A stretch of 58,452 nt of DNA from Bdellovibrionales bacterium RIFOXYD12_FULL_39_22 (GTDB taxonomy: Bacteria > Bdellovibrionota > Bacteriovoracia > Bacteriovoracales > Bacteriovoracaceae). Shown piece after piece: positions 1 to 10,006 of this stretch; within the stretch, counting starts at the first letter, position 1; every line of letters starts with the position of its first letter. The DNA lies in contig MEQL01000025.1 of the NCBI GenBank assembly GCA_001770205.1, forward strand, positions 62,001-120,452, read 5' to 3'. The notes under the pieces were generated by a model that was not told the origin of the DNA, did no database searches, and saw only the letters and a list, made by a program, of their open reading frames with translations. The position numbers were made by a program, and so were the translations under genes.

Positions 1-534
1 ATGAATCAGTTAACTCACATTTTTATTCGCGATATTGATAACAGTGTTCTTTTTAAGGAATCCATTACTTTCGATGAAGGCCATCAACTAACTTTTGCTA
101 TTCCAAAAAATCTTCGCATAATTGAAAAAAGATCCACCTCTCGTTATATTTTTAGCTCCCATGATCTCAAGGAAGTAAAGATTTCAAAAATTTCAGACTC
201 CTCTTATCATCGAGTCATAGATTTTCAACTCTCTGACTTATCCAACCTGGGAATGTCTTTAATGGTATTGCCTGATGAAATTGATAAATTTGCCACCGGA
301 GATACTTTTTTGATTCACAAAATGGCCTGTGAAACATTCACTCCACCACTACAGGCCTCGGTAATTTATATTGCTAAGAGCGAATACAAAAAGAAAAAGC
401 GCTATTTTCGTGCCTTTAAAGTTGGTCTAAAATTTACTGACGTTTTAGACAATCGCATCGTCAACAGAGTTAATCTTGATGATACTACCCAAAAAGATGA
501 TGATGACGATGATGATGAAAAAATCAGTGCATAG
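1..534 (+). CDS. PilZ-like domain protein (possibly 5'-truncated at window edge)
   Basis: C-terminal 'LSDLSNLGMSL ... ASVIYI ... KVGLKF' matches the PilZ beta-barrel D-x-S-x-x-G pattern; poly-Asp tail. Confidence 0.55.
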   Translation: MNQLTHIFIRDIDNSVLFKESITFDEGHQLTFAIPKNLRIIEKRSTSRYIFSSHDLKEVKISKISDSSYHRVIDFQLSDLSNLGMSLMVLPDEIDKFATGDTFLIHKMACETFTPPLQASVIYIAKSEYKKKKRYFRAFKVGLKFTDVLDNRIVNRVNLDDTTQKDDDDDDDEKISA

Positions 535-536
535 AA

Positions 537-2471
537 TTATTGCTTTATCATACTCAACGCATCACATGAGCTTGCAGAGAACGATTTGTTGAGCTGAGTT
601 CCTATTATTGCTCCGCTTGCAAAAACTTTAATATGTGATATTTCTTCCGCAACTTCCGGAAAAATTTTATCCACTAACTCCACATACTTTGAACGGGCAG
701 CTAACGTTATGAATCTATCTATTAGTCGCTCCCCATTCTGATCATAGGCGTTCAATTCAATCTCCACGCTAGTATCTTCGATATTGGTAAGCGCTAATGT
801 TACACTATCTTCTCTGGATAAATTGGTAAAAACGCCAGCATATATCCCCTCGCTAGCTGCCTCAACGCCGGCCGCACATCGTCCATCTGTTCGCCCATAG
901 ACGACAATACCACTAATCGGAGTGGATGATATTATTTCTTGCCAATCACCATTGACGGCCTTGGAAAACTTTTTACGCTCCCCCAATGTAAGCTCCTGTT
1001 GTTGGATAATCTCCCCAGCTTTTGAAACCGATTTAATTGCTATTTTGCTGTTAACTGCTTCAAAATTAGTTAGTACTAATCCACTCCAAATTTCATTATC
1101 AGTTCGTGTTTCTGCAACATAAATTTTTCTTGCAATCTCATCTCCCAGTTGTGATCCTGAAAGATACCTGTTTTTTGACTCAGGCCTTGTTCCATTTAAG
1201 TTTAAGGCCACCACCCCTTCACTCCCACGAATAATAGCAGAAGATAGTGCGGGAACAACTTCTCCTTGAAACAGAGTATCCATAGTGAAAGCACGATGCT
1301 CCCCGGCCGCCAACGTGATATCTTTGTATATTTCACTGCCAAACGATAATTTTAAATTTTTAATTTGCGAAGTCGTATTTAAAAGCGCGAGTCCAGTCCA
1401 CCAAGTTTTATCAGACGCGATATGTGGCATATATATAGTTCCATTTGAAGGAATGGTAATAGCGCTGGCCACCACCGAATCTCCATCTTTTTGAGAAAAC
1501 TTTAAATGCCCACGAACGTTGGCCCCTCGATCTTTAACATAAATCATACTTTTAATTTTGGCCGGATCACTAAAAACTTCCTCTACCTGAACTGTAATCT
1601 TGCGGTTAGGGGCCAGCAAAATATTTTTCTGTTCTATAACATTCCCTGCCTCATCAAAAGCGTAAAGCCACCCATTAACTTCCTTCATGTCATTAATATT
1701 TACCAAAACGACTTCACTATCCCAACCGCTGTTTGCGGCAATATGAGGGAAGTATAGTCTGTCATCAAAATATGCCCAGTTAATTATTGCTCCAAGATCT
1801 GCATGAAAATGACTATGATGATTGTAGGCCACCACTTCGTCTCCACCAATGAATTTATTAAATAACGCGTCTACCACTTCTTTCCCGTAACGCGCACTGG
1901 CCTTTTCTTTCGTATAAATCACCAATTTCTCATTTGCCGAAATCCTTACTTCCGGAAAGGCCTGTGATAGCATCTTCCATATTTTATAAGTGCGATCCCA
2001 ATCATAAGTTTTAACATCCACTATTTTTTTTCCATTAAGATCTTTTACCACACTAACCATTTGAATGTTCACCACCCCACGAATTTTCTGCGTGTAGTTG
2101 GTCGGGCCATTGGTAAAATAGGTAAGATCAATATCTTCCCCGCTCGTATGCGTTGGATGCCCCTGACATTTTACACGATTATTCATATCTGCCACATACA
2201 TAATATCTTCGCCACCAGCGGGCACAGGAAATTCAAGCCTGGCCTGTTTAAAAAGATATGCTAGCGCACGCTTATGTCCACTCTTAATTCCAATGCAGTT
2301 ATTGGAAAAATACACATGTGAAAGTTCCGTCCAAGTTGTCCAGGAATTATCACTTTCTATGGGCCCAATGGGTACAAGTGTACGATCGAAGCTCGCACTG
2401 GCCGCCAGAAGCATTTGGCCAAATATTAACGTAGAAAATAAAAAGAAATAGACAGTTGCTTTTTTTTTCAT
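537..2471 (-). CDS. Secreted protein: MepA/LAS-type Zn murein endopeptidase-like domain plus repeated beta-sandwich domains
   Basis: Probable start ATG 2471 (GAGGG/GAGG RBS; MKKK+hydrophobic signal). H-x6-D motif (HTSGEDID) and HxH (HHSHFH). Repeated 'Y[FM]PHIA..W.[ST]...L.N' units in the C-terminal two thirds. Confidence 0.6.
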   Translation of the reverse strand: MKKKATVYFFLFSTLIFGQMLLAASASFDRTLVPIGPIESDNSWTTWTELSHVYFSNNCIGIKSGHKRALAYLFKQARLEFPVPAGGEDIMYVADMNNRVKCQGHPTHTSGEDIDLTYFTNGPTNYTQKIRGVVNIQMVSVVKDLNGKKIVDVKTYDWDRTYKIWKMLSQAFPEVRISANEKLVIYTKEKASARYGKEVVDALFNKFIGGDEVVAYNHHSHFHADLGAIINWAYFDDRLYFPHIAANSGWDSEVVLVNINDMKEVNGWLYAFDEAGNVIEQKNILLAPNRKITVQVEEVFSDPAKIKSMIYVKDRGANVRGHLKFSQKDGDSVVASAITIPSNGTIYMPHIASDKTWWTGLALLNTTSQIKNLKLSFGSEIYKDITLAAGEHRAFTMDTLFQGEVVPALSSAIIRGSEGVVALNLNGTRPESKNRYLSGSQLGDEIARKIYVAETRTDNEIWSGLVLTNFEAVNSKIAIKSVSKAGEIIQQQELTLGERKKFSKAVNGDWQEIISSTPISGIVVYGRTDGRCAAGVEAASEGIYAGVFTNLSREDSVTLALTNIEDTSVEIELNAYDQNGERLIDRFITLAARSKYVELVDKIFPEVAEEISHIKVFASGAIIGTQLNKSFSASSCDALSMIKQ

Positions 2472-2667
2472 TGCCTCACCCTCTTCTAAATACCCAAAGC
2501 ATAGGCGCTTTCTCACCTAATCATGATCCTGCTATATTCTTGTCGGTTAATTTGGTTGAAAAATAAGCACCACTACAGCAGCAGAAGTGCCCGAAGAGAA
2601 TCTTGTGGGACAGAAAACTGTGCTACACTGGAGAAAAACAATCAACATTGTTTCTGTTCAGTAATAA

Positions 2668-4338
2668 CTAATTAGCAAAATAATCTGCATTGTTTTGTAC
2701 TAACGCCATTTTCAGTGCCTGCATAAAATTGATATAGCGTAAGGAGTAGTAATCAACATCTTTAATATTTTTTAACTTGGCCACATCTACAATTCGCATA
2801 GTCGTGGTAAGCAGTAAATTTCTCAATGTTTCATCGCTATTATCCAAAGCATATTTACCTAGATCAAAAAAATAGTGATAGACATAATCTTCAAACTCAC
2901 TTTTTTTATCTGGCGGAATCTGGTTTTGTAGATAAAAATCTATTACTGAAAAAGGGCCTAGCGCGCCATTATCTGTGGGGTAAGCAAAAATATCTTTATA
3001 GTCAAAGTACCAACTAATATTGCCGAAAAATGTTTGCTTAAAATCATCTAATGAACTTTGAGCGTTCTTATCAAGAGAGGTTGTAAACTCTAAAATTTGA
3101 ATATTATTTGTTTCAACAGAAATCAAACGCTCTACCCACTGCGTCTCCAAAGGCCGATGAGTCAACGTTTGACGAAACTGTAAAAATTGTTGGCCACCAA
3201 TTTGAACAACCTCCATCTGCGGCATTCCCTCGCCTCCCGACTCTGCCACTGATAACAGCACATTGCGAATTAAAACATCTCCCTTGATAAATGGCCCGGC
3301 CTTCATCACGTGCGGCCATAAGTTTTTTAGACTAAGCTCCAATGCTTGTTGAATGCAAGTACGAATTTCTTTTAACACTTCCGAAGAGAGGGCCAATTCC
3401 GATTGATAACTTTTTTCGTAGGCCCTGGGCAAATAGAGCTCGCGCGGGCCTTTTAGAATTTTTGCAATCCGTGGAAATTGTCTAGCAAAAAAGAAATTGG
3501 CCTTCTCCCCTTCTGCTAAAATATTTAACAAAGACAAATCGCCAACTATTTTCATCTCTAAAGTGGCCTTAAGTTGCTTATCATAAATTGTCACATAGGG
3601 GGTAACTCTATTGCGATTTTTAGTTTTCTCAATGATAAAATTGGGAATAAGTAAAAAACGATTATCTTTGAGGCCAGTAAAAGATGAAAGTTTATAGTAA
3701 TTACTAGAATATTGCGCAAAAGCACTAAAATTTGATTCATTAGTTAGTGCATCTTTTTTTTCCAGCATGCGATCTAATAAAATGCCATCCAACACTGTCA
3801 AATTTATTAGCATCGGCGAAAATAATGATCCCACTGCCATCAAGGGAATGATCACAAAAGAGACCAGCCAAATAAAAACATTATCCTTGACGTACAACTC
3901 GGTAAAAGAGAGCCACTCTTTAATCGTCTTTTTTTTAAACCAGCAGGGTAAATCAAAAAATAAAAAAGGTGCAAGGGGCAACTCCAAAATAACTCGCACC
4001 ATCCCACCAATGCGATTCCATAGGCGATTGCTCGTTCCTCTGATCCCGATAATCCATTGAGAAAAAGAGACCCCAAAAATTAAAGTGCTATAAAGGCGAA
4101 AACCGATATAGATAAAATAAAGCAACACCAAAAAGGCACCCCAATCCAAAAGGGCCAGTGAACTCTCTGCCACTTTTAGTTGGGTTATCATCCATAGCTG
4201 AATGTTCTTATTTAAAATCCCAAGTTGCTCATAAGAAGATAGCAAGGAATGAAGTGTGTAGGCACATGCTAAGTCTCCAATCACCGCCATTAATCTAAAA
4301 ATAGGGCCTCGCACTCTTTGCATTCTAAAATACTCCAA
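2668..4338 (-). CDS. Membrane protein with N-terminal RDD-like transmembrane region and large soluble domain
   Basis: 556-aa ORF; 3-4 hydrophobic segments with RDD-like 'RLMAVIGD ... GVSFSQWIIGIR'. Confidence 0.45.
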   Translation of the reverse strand: MEYFRMQRVRGPIFRLMAVIGDLACAYTLHSLLSSYEQLGILNKNIQLWMITQLKVAESSLALLDWGAFLVLLYFIYIGFRLYSTLIFGVSFSQWIIGIRGTSNRLWNRIGGMVRVILELPLAPFLFFDLPCWFKKKTIKEWLSFTELYVKDNVFIWLVSFVIIPLMAVGSLFSPMLINLTVLDGILLDRMLEKKDALTNESNFSAFAQYSSNYYKLSSFTGLKDNRFLLIPNFIIEKTKNRNRVTPYVTIYDKQLKATLEMKIVGDLSLLNILAEGEKANFFFARQFPRIAKILKGPRELYLPRAYEKSYQSELALSSEVLKEIRTCIQQALELSLKNLWPHVMKAGPFIKGDVLIRNVLLSVAESGGEGMPQMEVVQIGGQQFLQFRQTLTHRPLETQWVERLISVETNNIQILEFTTSLDKNAQSSLDDFKQTFFGNISWYFDYKDIFAYPTDNGALGPFSVIDFYLQNQIPPDKKSEFEDYVYHYFFDLGKYALDNSDETLRNLLLTTTMRIVDVAKLKNIKDVDYYSLRYINFMQALKMALVQNNADYFAN

Positions 4339-4549
4339 ATGTCGATTTGACAGAAAAAATTGGCATTTTTTTTACTATTTTAATTATATTCCATTAGTAA
4401 AAAATGTGTAGAAGTTACGAAAATTGCAGAATTTTCACATAAATATTTTTTGTTTTGCAGTATGCATTGTTATTTTCATGAGATCTTTTAACTCAACTAC
4501 TGCCTCAGAGCATATTTTTTATGCACAAATTGCTATGGGCAGATAAGTT

Positions 4550-4576
4550 TAAACATAGCTAATAAACTGCCGAGAA
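4550..4576 (+). promoter_or_regulatory. Putative sigma28 (FliA) promoter
   Basis: TAAA-N15-GCCGAGAA versus consensus TAAA-N15-GCCGATAA, 40 nt upstream of ATG 4616. Confidence 0.6.
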
Positions 4577-4615
4577 GACTAATAGCTTGGCATGTTAATA
4601 AAAAAGGAAGTTTAT

Positions 4616-7603
4616 ATGAATCAACTGCTAAAAAAACTGGCCGTTTATACATCGGTGATTTCGCTAATAAATCTAAACCCTATCATCATCTCCGATGCCT
4701 TCGCAGCAAAGAGTGAAAGGTTAAGCGAAGTAGAAAATCAATCAAACAGTAGCATAAACAATCTACTGGGAATTTTTGATCAAACCATGGCCACCTTTAC
4801 TCAGATGCAGCAACAGGCGATGGCCAACCAAAACGCAATGTCCATGATGCAGCAGATTCAAGCATACAAACCAACTGTGTATCCTTCAAAATATTTTCCC
4901 CAATGTAAAGTGCCGGCGGCCGTTCCTGCTACTCCACAAAATATGTGCGAAAATATAAAAAACGATATGAGCGCCACCGTGGCCACCCAGATTATTACCT
5001 TGGCACAACAATACAAAGACGCTTACGATAAAATGCTCTCGCGTGGGCAAACATCTCAGTACCCGATCGGAATGCAATGTATTGAAGAATATGCCAAGCA
5101 CCAAGACACCATCTTGCAAGATAAAATTAACCAACTAACTGCGGCCCAGGCAGAGGTCAACAAACAGATGCAGGCCATGCGAGATGTGAACAAAAAAATC
5201 ACCGAAGATATGGCACAAATTGATTCCGAGCTAAACGGCAAAAAAAATGGAGAGGCCAGCATCGAAGAAAAAGGCCGAGATCTATCTAAGTACTTTGCCG
5301 GAACTCCCTGCACCCAGGTACTTAATGCCTCCATGCAAAAAAGTGAAAATGGCCTTCGAGAAATAAAAAAATCGATGTCCGAAGCTAAAAACGGAGAAAA
5401 AAGTTTAGTTGATCTGGCCAATCAGTTGGTTGCTAACGAAGGAAAAATTCGCGATCAAATTAGTCGACAGTTGGGCCGCTTGGGAAGTTTTATCCAAGCA
5501 AATGGAATTACCAATCCCAATCAAGTACCCCGCCTTTTTGAAGGAAGCGGATATGATCAAAGTAAATTTGAAGGAATCATCAACACCCACCTCTCTGCAC
5601 TAGTTGCCAAACAACAAAATTTAAATTCAAAAATGGCCGGACTTGATCTGGGCCAAGTGATTCCGGAAGTTAACTCTATAAACTTTCGACAAAGTTTAAC
5701 CGACTTTAGTCCAGACGATCTAAAAGACGGAATTATTGCCAAATGTATCTCCGGTGATAGTAGCAACAGTCTAGGAATGAAATTTAGTGCGCTAATCAAA
5801 GGAGTTAAATTAGGCGGCAGTGGCCGTGGCACCATGGTAGAAAATTATCGCAAAGAATTAAAGCTAATTTTAAATCGCGGCAGTTCGCTCGAAGATACGT
5901 TGGCAGACCTTCAAAAGCTGGATCGATCTTATAACTACAAAATGCAAATTCAACTAGACACCATAACAGAGGGAATACACAACATCTCCGTATCGGATTA
6001 CTACACAGAAACAGCTAAACGTTGCAGCAACCAGTACAATCGCTCTTATGCCGATAAAGTGAGCAAGGCCCGTGAGTACATTCACGATATTGCCAACGAG
6101 TACGATTCCTTAATGAACAATATTACTGCCGACGTTAGCGCCGAGTTACTCGATTGTTCTAAAAGTACCAGCAACATGTCAGGAAGTTGCAACGAGAAGT
6201 TACTAGACACCTCCAGTTCCAGTTTTTGTCTGGCATCTGCCAAAACTTGTGCTGTGAATATAAATCAGTGTATGGCCAAGGTAGAGTCAGTTATCAAAGA
6301 TCGAGAAAATCTTATCAAAGTAAAGGCCCTGGCCTTTAATCGCAATGTCGAATCTTTACTGGCCGCTCAAGAACAATACTTGAAAGTTTTAAAAGCACAG
6401 GTTGGAGTAGATATGGATTGGTTTAAACAATACTTCCCCGGTGCCAACTATAACCTTCTTAGTGATCTCTTCGTAGCAATGCCGGCCATGGAAAAAAAAT
6501 ATGGAGCAGAGCTGCGCGGGGGTGGCGATATGGAGGAACTGCTAAATGGAGAAAACTCTCTGCCTCGGCAAATCGACAAGCTCAAGGAGATGTTAGCTGA
6601 ACAAAAAGGTAAAATCCAAACAGAGATTAACGATTATATGCAGGCCAAAGAAGAGAGTATAAGAACAAATCAAGCAACATACCAGGCCATACTTACTGAA
6701 TGCAAAGGTAAATACGACACATACGTTGCAGGCAAAGAAAGAATGATGCAACAAATGCAACAACAACAACAAGAGATGCTCGGCAAGGCCACTAAGTTTT
6801 GTCAAAAATATGATCTGCTTACTAGAGGAAATGACCCCGGCCCACTGTGCGATGGAAGTTTTAGTCCTACTGATTTGCTTTCAGATTCTACCGAAGTAGT
6901 AAGCTATATTAATCCCGATGCACTAGATATGTTAGTGGAGATAAAAGGTATTTGTAATCAACGAGAAAAAGATGATGGCGAGTTAGCAGATATGAAGGAG
7001 GAGGATTCATCCTATGTGGCACAACTTTGTGATAAATATGAAGCCTGGGAAACCGTAAAAGAAAAAATGGAAGCTAGAATTAAAAAAATAAAAGATGAAG
7101 AATCTAAAGATGAAATTAAAAAAATAATGGAAGATATTTCTGAAAAAGAGGAAGATGTTAATAACGACGTTAAAAAAATAGACGTCAAAGAAGGCGTTTA
7201 TGCGACCGATCCAAAAAATATAATTGAAGAGGCCAAAGAACAAGAAAATGAAAACGACGTATGTAAACAATACCAGGCCTTGCAAATTGCAACGAATGAA
7301 ATCGACAATAGTTGCTCTGCCGCCTCCGATAAAACCGAATGCCAAATGAAGAACCTTGATCGAAAAAAACCGTCCAATGAACATATCAAAGAGATCAATA
7401 ATGGCCTTTATAAAATATTGCTAGAAACCGATTCTTCCCAATTAGGTATCTCCAGCATTGGAGAAAAAGATGAAGAGATCAACGTCCCCTACTGCTGGGC
7501 CTTTAATGCCAATGGACGACAATATAGCGATTCTTCTGATCCATGGGGACTACGAAATTCTAAATTGGATGCAATAATAGACAGTACTCTTAACAGGAAG
7601 TAG
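4616..7603 (+). CDS. Large secreted Cys-rich coiled-coil hypothetical protein
   Basis: RBS AAGGAAG before ATG 4616; signal peptide ending 'AFA'; Gln/Met-rich stretches, paired Cys, heptad-rich helices. Confidence 0.7.
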   Translation: MNQLLKKLAVYTSVISLINLNPIIISDAFAAKSERLSEVENQSNSSINNLLGIFDQTMATFTQMQQQAMANQNAMSMMQQIQAYKPTVYPSKYFPQCKVPAAVPATPQNMCENIKNDMSATVATQIITLAQQYKDAYDKMLSRGQTSQYPIGMQCIEEYAKHQDTILQDKINQLTAAQAEVNKQMQAMRDVNKKITEDMAQIDSELNGKKNGEASIEEKGRDLSKYFAGTPCTQVLNASMQKSENGLREIKKSMSEAKNGEKSLVDLANQLVANEGKIRDQISRQLGRLGSFIQANGITNPNQVPRLFEGSGYDQSKFEGIINTHLSALVAKQQNLNSKMAGLDLGQVIPEVNSINFRQSLTDFSPDDLKDGIIAKCISGDSSNSLGMKFSALIKGVKLGGSGRGTMVENYRKELKLILNRGSSLEDTLADLQKLDRSYNYKMQIQLDTITEGIHNISVSDYYTETAKRCSNQYNRSYADKVSKAREYIHDIANEYDSLMNNITADVSAELLDCSKSTSNMSGSCNEKLLDTSSSSFCLASAKTCAVNINQCMAKVESVIKDRENLIKVKALAFNRNVESLLAAQEQYLKVLKAQVGVDMDWFKQYFPGANYNLLSDLFVAMPAMEKKYGAELRGGGDMEELLNGENSLPRQIDKLKEMLAEQKGKIQTEINDYMQAKEESIRTNQATYQAILTECKGKYDTYVAGKERMMQQMQQQQQEMLGKATKFCQKYDLLTRGNDPGPLCDGSFSPTDLLSDSTEVVSYINPDALDMLVEIKGICNQREKDDGELADMKEEDSSYVAQLCDKYEAWETVKEKMEARIKKIKDEESKDEIKKIMEDISEKEEDVNNDVKKIDVKEGVYATDPKNIIEEAKEQENENDVCKQYQALQIATNEIDNSCSAASDKTECQMKNLDRKKPSNEHIKEINNGLYKILLETDSSQLGISSIGEKDEEINVPYCWAFNANGRQYSDSSDPWGLRNSKLDAIIDSTLNRK

Positions 7604-7657
7604 CGTATTAAAAAAAACATCTTAAAACCACTCTACTTTACTCTGATTCACTACCAA

Positions 7658-10003
7658 ATGACGTTAGCTCTTACTCTCGTCTTCTTAGTCAGCAGTTGTA
7701 TTGGGCCAGTATCTGATGATACGGCCTTAGGCAAGAGACAGTCCACTCCCAAAAGTAATGATCCTGCCAATGTAGGATTATACGAGAGTCGAGTGTTAGA
7801 GGACAATCCGATAATTCTCTCCGGTAATTATAATCTAGATCATGATTACAACTTAAATCTGCTACTTAGTAGTCGGGGGAAATTTATCACCAACAGCAGT
7901 ACATTAACTGCCGATTGCTCAATGGGAGATGAAGTCGTTGATAGTTGTTTTCAGGTTAGGAAAGATAGCAATGCTGTCTCCTCGATCTATTATAAAAATC
8001 AAAAATGGGCATTCCCCGTAGGCAGTGATGAGTTTCATCAAGTGTTGGCCTATTATCACACTTATAAAATTGTTAATAAATTTAACAGTGCTCTCTATTC
8101 GGCGATGCAAACCGCCTACGGCCCTGATTTGATCTCCCCACAATATACCCTTTCCGCTCTTCCACAAGATCTTATCTCTATGCATGCCTTCTGGCCCTCT
8201 GAACGCAGTTTGCGCATCTATGCCGTCTCTGGGGAACTGGATAACTCTGTTTATCAACCGGCCGATTTTTCTATTTCCTATGGGGAAGATCGCTATTACA
8301 ACACGCTCAAATGGGTACAAGATCCAACAATTATTTATCACGAAACTGCACATGCCCTAATTCATTTAATGCTAAATCTACGCAACAATGCCTCCGCTGG
8401 TATCAGTACGCGCGCCGATTTAGGCCATCTCTACTACGATGAGGCGGGCTCCATAGGCGAAGGCATTTCAGACTACTTCAGTTATTTTATAAATGGACGC
8501 AATCATTTAGGAGAATGGGCGGTTGGAAGATATTTGAATCTCTCTCGTCCTATCGATGAGGATGATCCCATTCATGCACTAGGCATTGCCAAAACTCCGG
8601 AAGGAAGACTCTCCTATCCTAATTATTTAAACTATGACCCCAATAATAGTTCCATCAAAATTGAAGATGTACACAATAGCGGGATGATTGTTTCACACTA
8701 CCTAATTGCTCTTACCGAAAGTTTAGCGGAACAATGTTCACTAACCACGACAACCGCCCAATATGCTGTTGTACATATTATGGCCGAAGCATTAGCAGAG
8801 TTGGGAGACTTTACTTCACAGGGAAATGATAGCAATATTGCTGAAAACTACTACATCAACCACTCTCCGGCCCACGCTCCAGAGTGGCAGCGAGTAGCAA
8901 ATCCAATAAACTTCCGCAGCTTCTTTCAGCGCATGGCCAAAGCGACGTATATGATTTTTAACGACTATGGACAAAGCGTTGCTTGCAATGGATCAACATA
9001 TCCAAAAGATAAAATTGAAACGCTTCTAGATCAGTATGGCCTGCTACTGTTTAAAACTTACAATGAAAACGGCAATGATAAAGATGATGGCCATGATGGA
9101 ACTTCCACTGCGGTTAATGTGGCCAATCGCCTTCATACGACATTAGTAGCAAAAGATTTTGTAAAACTAGATCCGACTCAAAATGCCACACCTGCTTTTA
9201 TTTTTGATAAACGCTCAGATATGCTGGGTGCCGTCAGTGACCTGCGGGCCAGTGGACAAATAACAGAAGTTTCGCCCCTAATCCCAGATGATCTCGCTTA
9301 CAACAATGGCAATGGGAAAATCAGTCCAGGAGAAATCGTCGGAGTTATGCTCAATCTCTATAACGATTCCAACTCTCCCATCGCCGGAGTGCAAGTAATT
9401 GCCAACAAATGGGATCATGTAAAAAGCACCGCACCATGTAACAACTTGGGTGATAACTGGCCCACCATAGCAGAAGGAGGGGCCGCGGCAGGAAATAGTG
9501 GCACCCCGGGAGATTGTGAATATATTAGCAGAGAAAATGGCGATGAAGACGAAGAAGATTTAGGAGAGGCCTGTTTTGTACAACTCAATGAAGATAATGC
9601 CACTAAGTGGGTAACACAGAGTGAGTTTGTGGCCAATAGTGCTTCTATCTCGCCAGAGCAATGTTTAGGGGGGGCCAATAACACTCAAAGCTGTCTAGTT
9701 AGAGTAATTCCTAATATGGATCAGGCCTTCTATTCTAAAATGGATGCTAAATCTACTTGGACAAAAACAGTATTCCCCAACGGGCAAGAGCAAGATATTC
9801 GCACTTCTCACATAATCATGATGGAAACCAGTCCTTGGATTGCCCCTGGTACTACTTTTAACTGTCGCTTTCGCCTACGTTTTTCTAATTGTGAAGATTG
9901 TTACTCTGATGCAAGTTATAGTGGAGATGACTATCTAGATTACGAATACAGTGGCGGAAAACCATTTAAAATTGTTCACTTCCAATTTATCGTTATTAAT
10001 TAG
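7658..10003 (+). CDS. Lipoprotein with gluzincin (M4/M36-like) Zn metallopeptidase domain
   Basis: Lipobox VSSC; HETAH motif, downstream 'GEGISDYF' third ligand and 'VHNSG' His. True start may be ATT 7607. Confidence 0.7.
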   Translation: MTLALTLVFLVSSCIGPVSDDTALGKRQSTPKSNDPANVGLYESRVLEDNPIILSGNYNLDHDYNLNLLLSSRGKFITNSSTLTADCSMGDEVVDSCFQVRKDSNAVSSIYYKNQKWAFPVGSDEFHQVLAYYHTYKIVNKFNSALYSAMQTAYGPDLISPQYTLSALPQDLISMHAFWPSERSLRIYAVSGELDNSVYQPADFSISYGEDRYYNTLKWVQDPTIIYHETAHALIHLMLNLRNNASAGISTRADLGHLYYDEAGSIGEGISDYFSYFINGRNHLGEWAVGRYLNLSRPIDEDDPIHALGIAKTPEGRLSYPNYLNYDPNNSSIKIEDVHNSGMIVSHYLIALTESLAEQCSLTTTTAQYAVVHIMAEALAELGDFTSQGNDSNIAENYYINHSPAHAPEWQRVANPINFRSFFQRMAKATYMIFNDYGQSVACNGSTYPKDKIETLLDQYGLLLFKTYNENGNDKDDGHDGTSTAVNVANRLHTTLVAKDFVKLDPTQNATPAFIFDKRSDMLGAVSDLRASGQITEVSPLIPDDLAYNNGNGKISPGEIVGVMLNLYNDSNSPIAGVQVIANKWDHVKSTAPCNNLGDNWPTIAEGGAAAGNSGTPGDCEYISRENGDEDEEDLGEACFVQLNEDNATKWVTQSEFVANSASISPEQCLGGANNTQSCLVRVIPNMDQAFYSKMDAKSTWTKTVFPNGQEQDIRTSHIIMMETSPWIAPGTTFNCRFRLRFSNCEDCYSDASYSGDDYLDYEYSGGKPFKIVHFQFIVIN

Positions 10004-10006
10004 TCA

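Noticed and set aside
495..518. (GAT)n trinucleotide run
   Set aside because: It simply encodes a poly-Asp tail; no evidence of function.
2538..2570. Additional sigma28-like promoter (ACCGACAA) upstream of the MepA-like gene
   Set aside because: The -10-like box is present but there is no TAAA at the 15-nt spacing; too weak to call.
7601..7603. In-frame TAG between the 4616 and 7658 ORFs suggesting readthrough or pyrrolysine
   Set aside because: The downstream ORF has its own RBS and lipoprotein signal, and TAG ends many other genes here normally.
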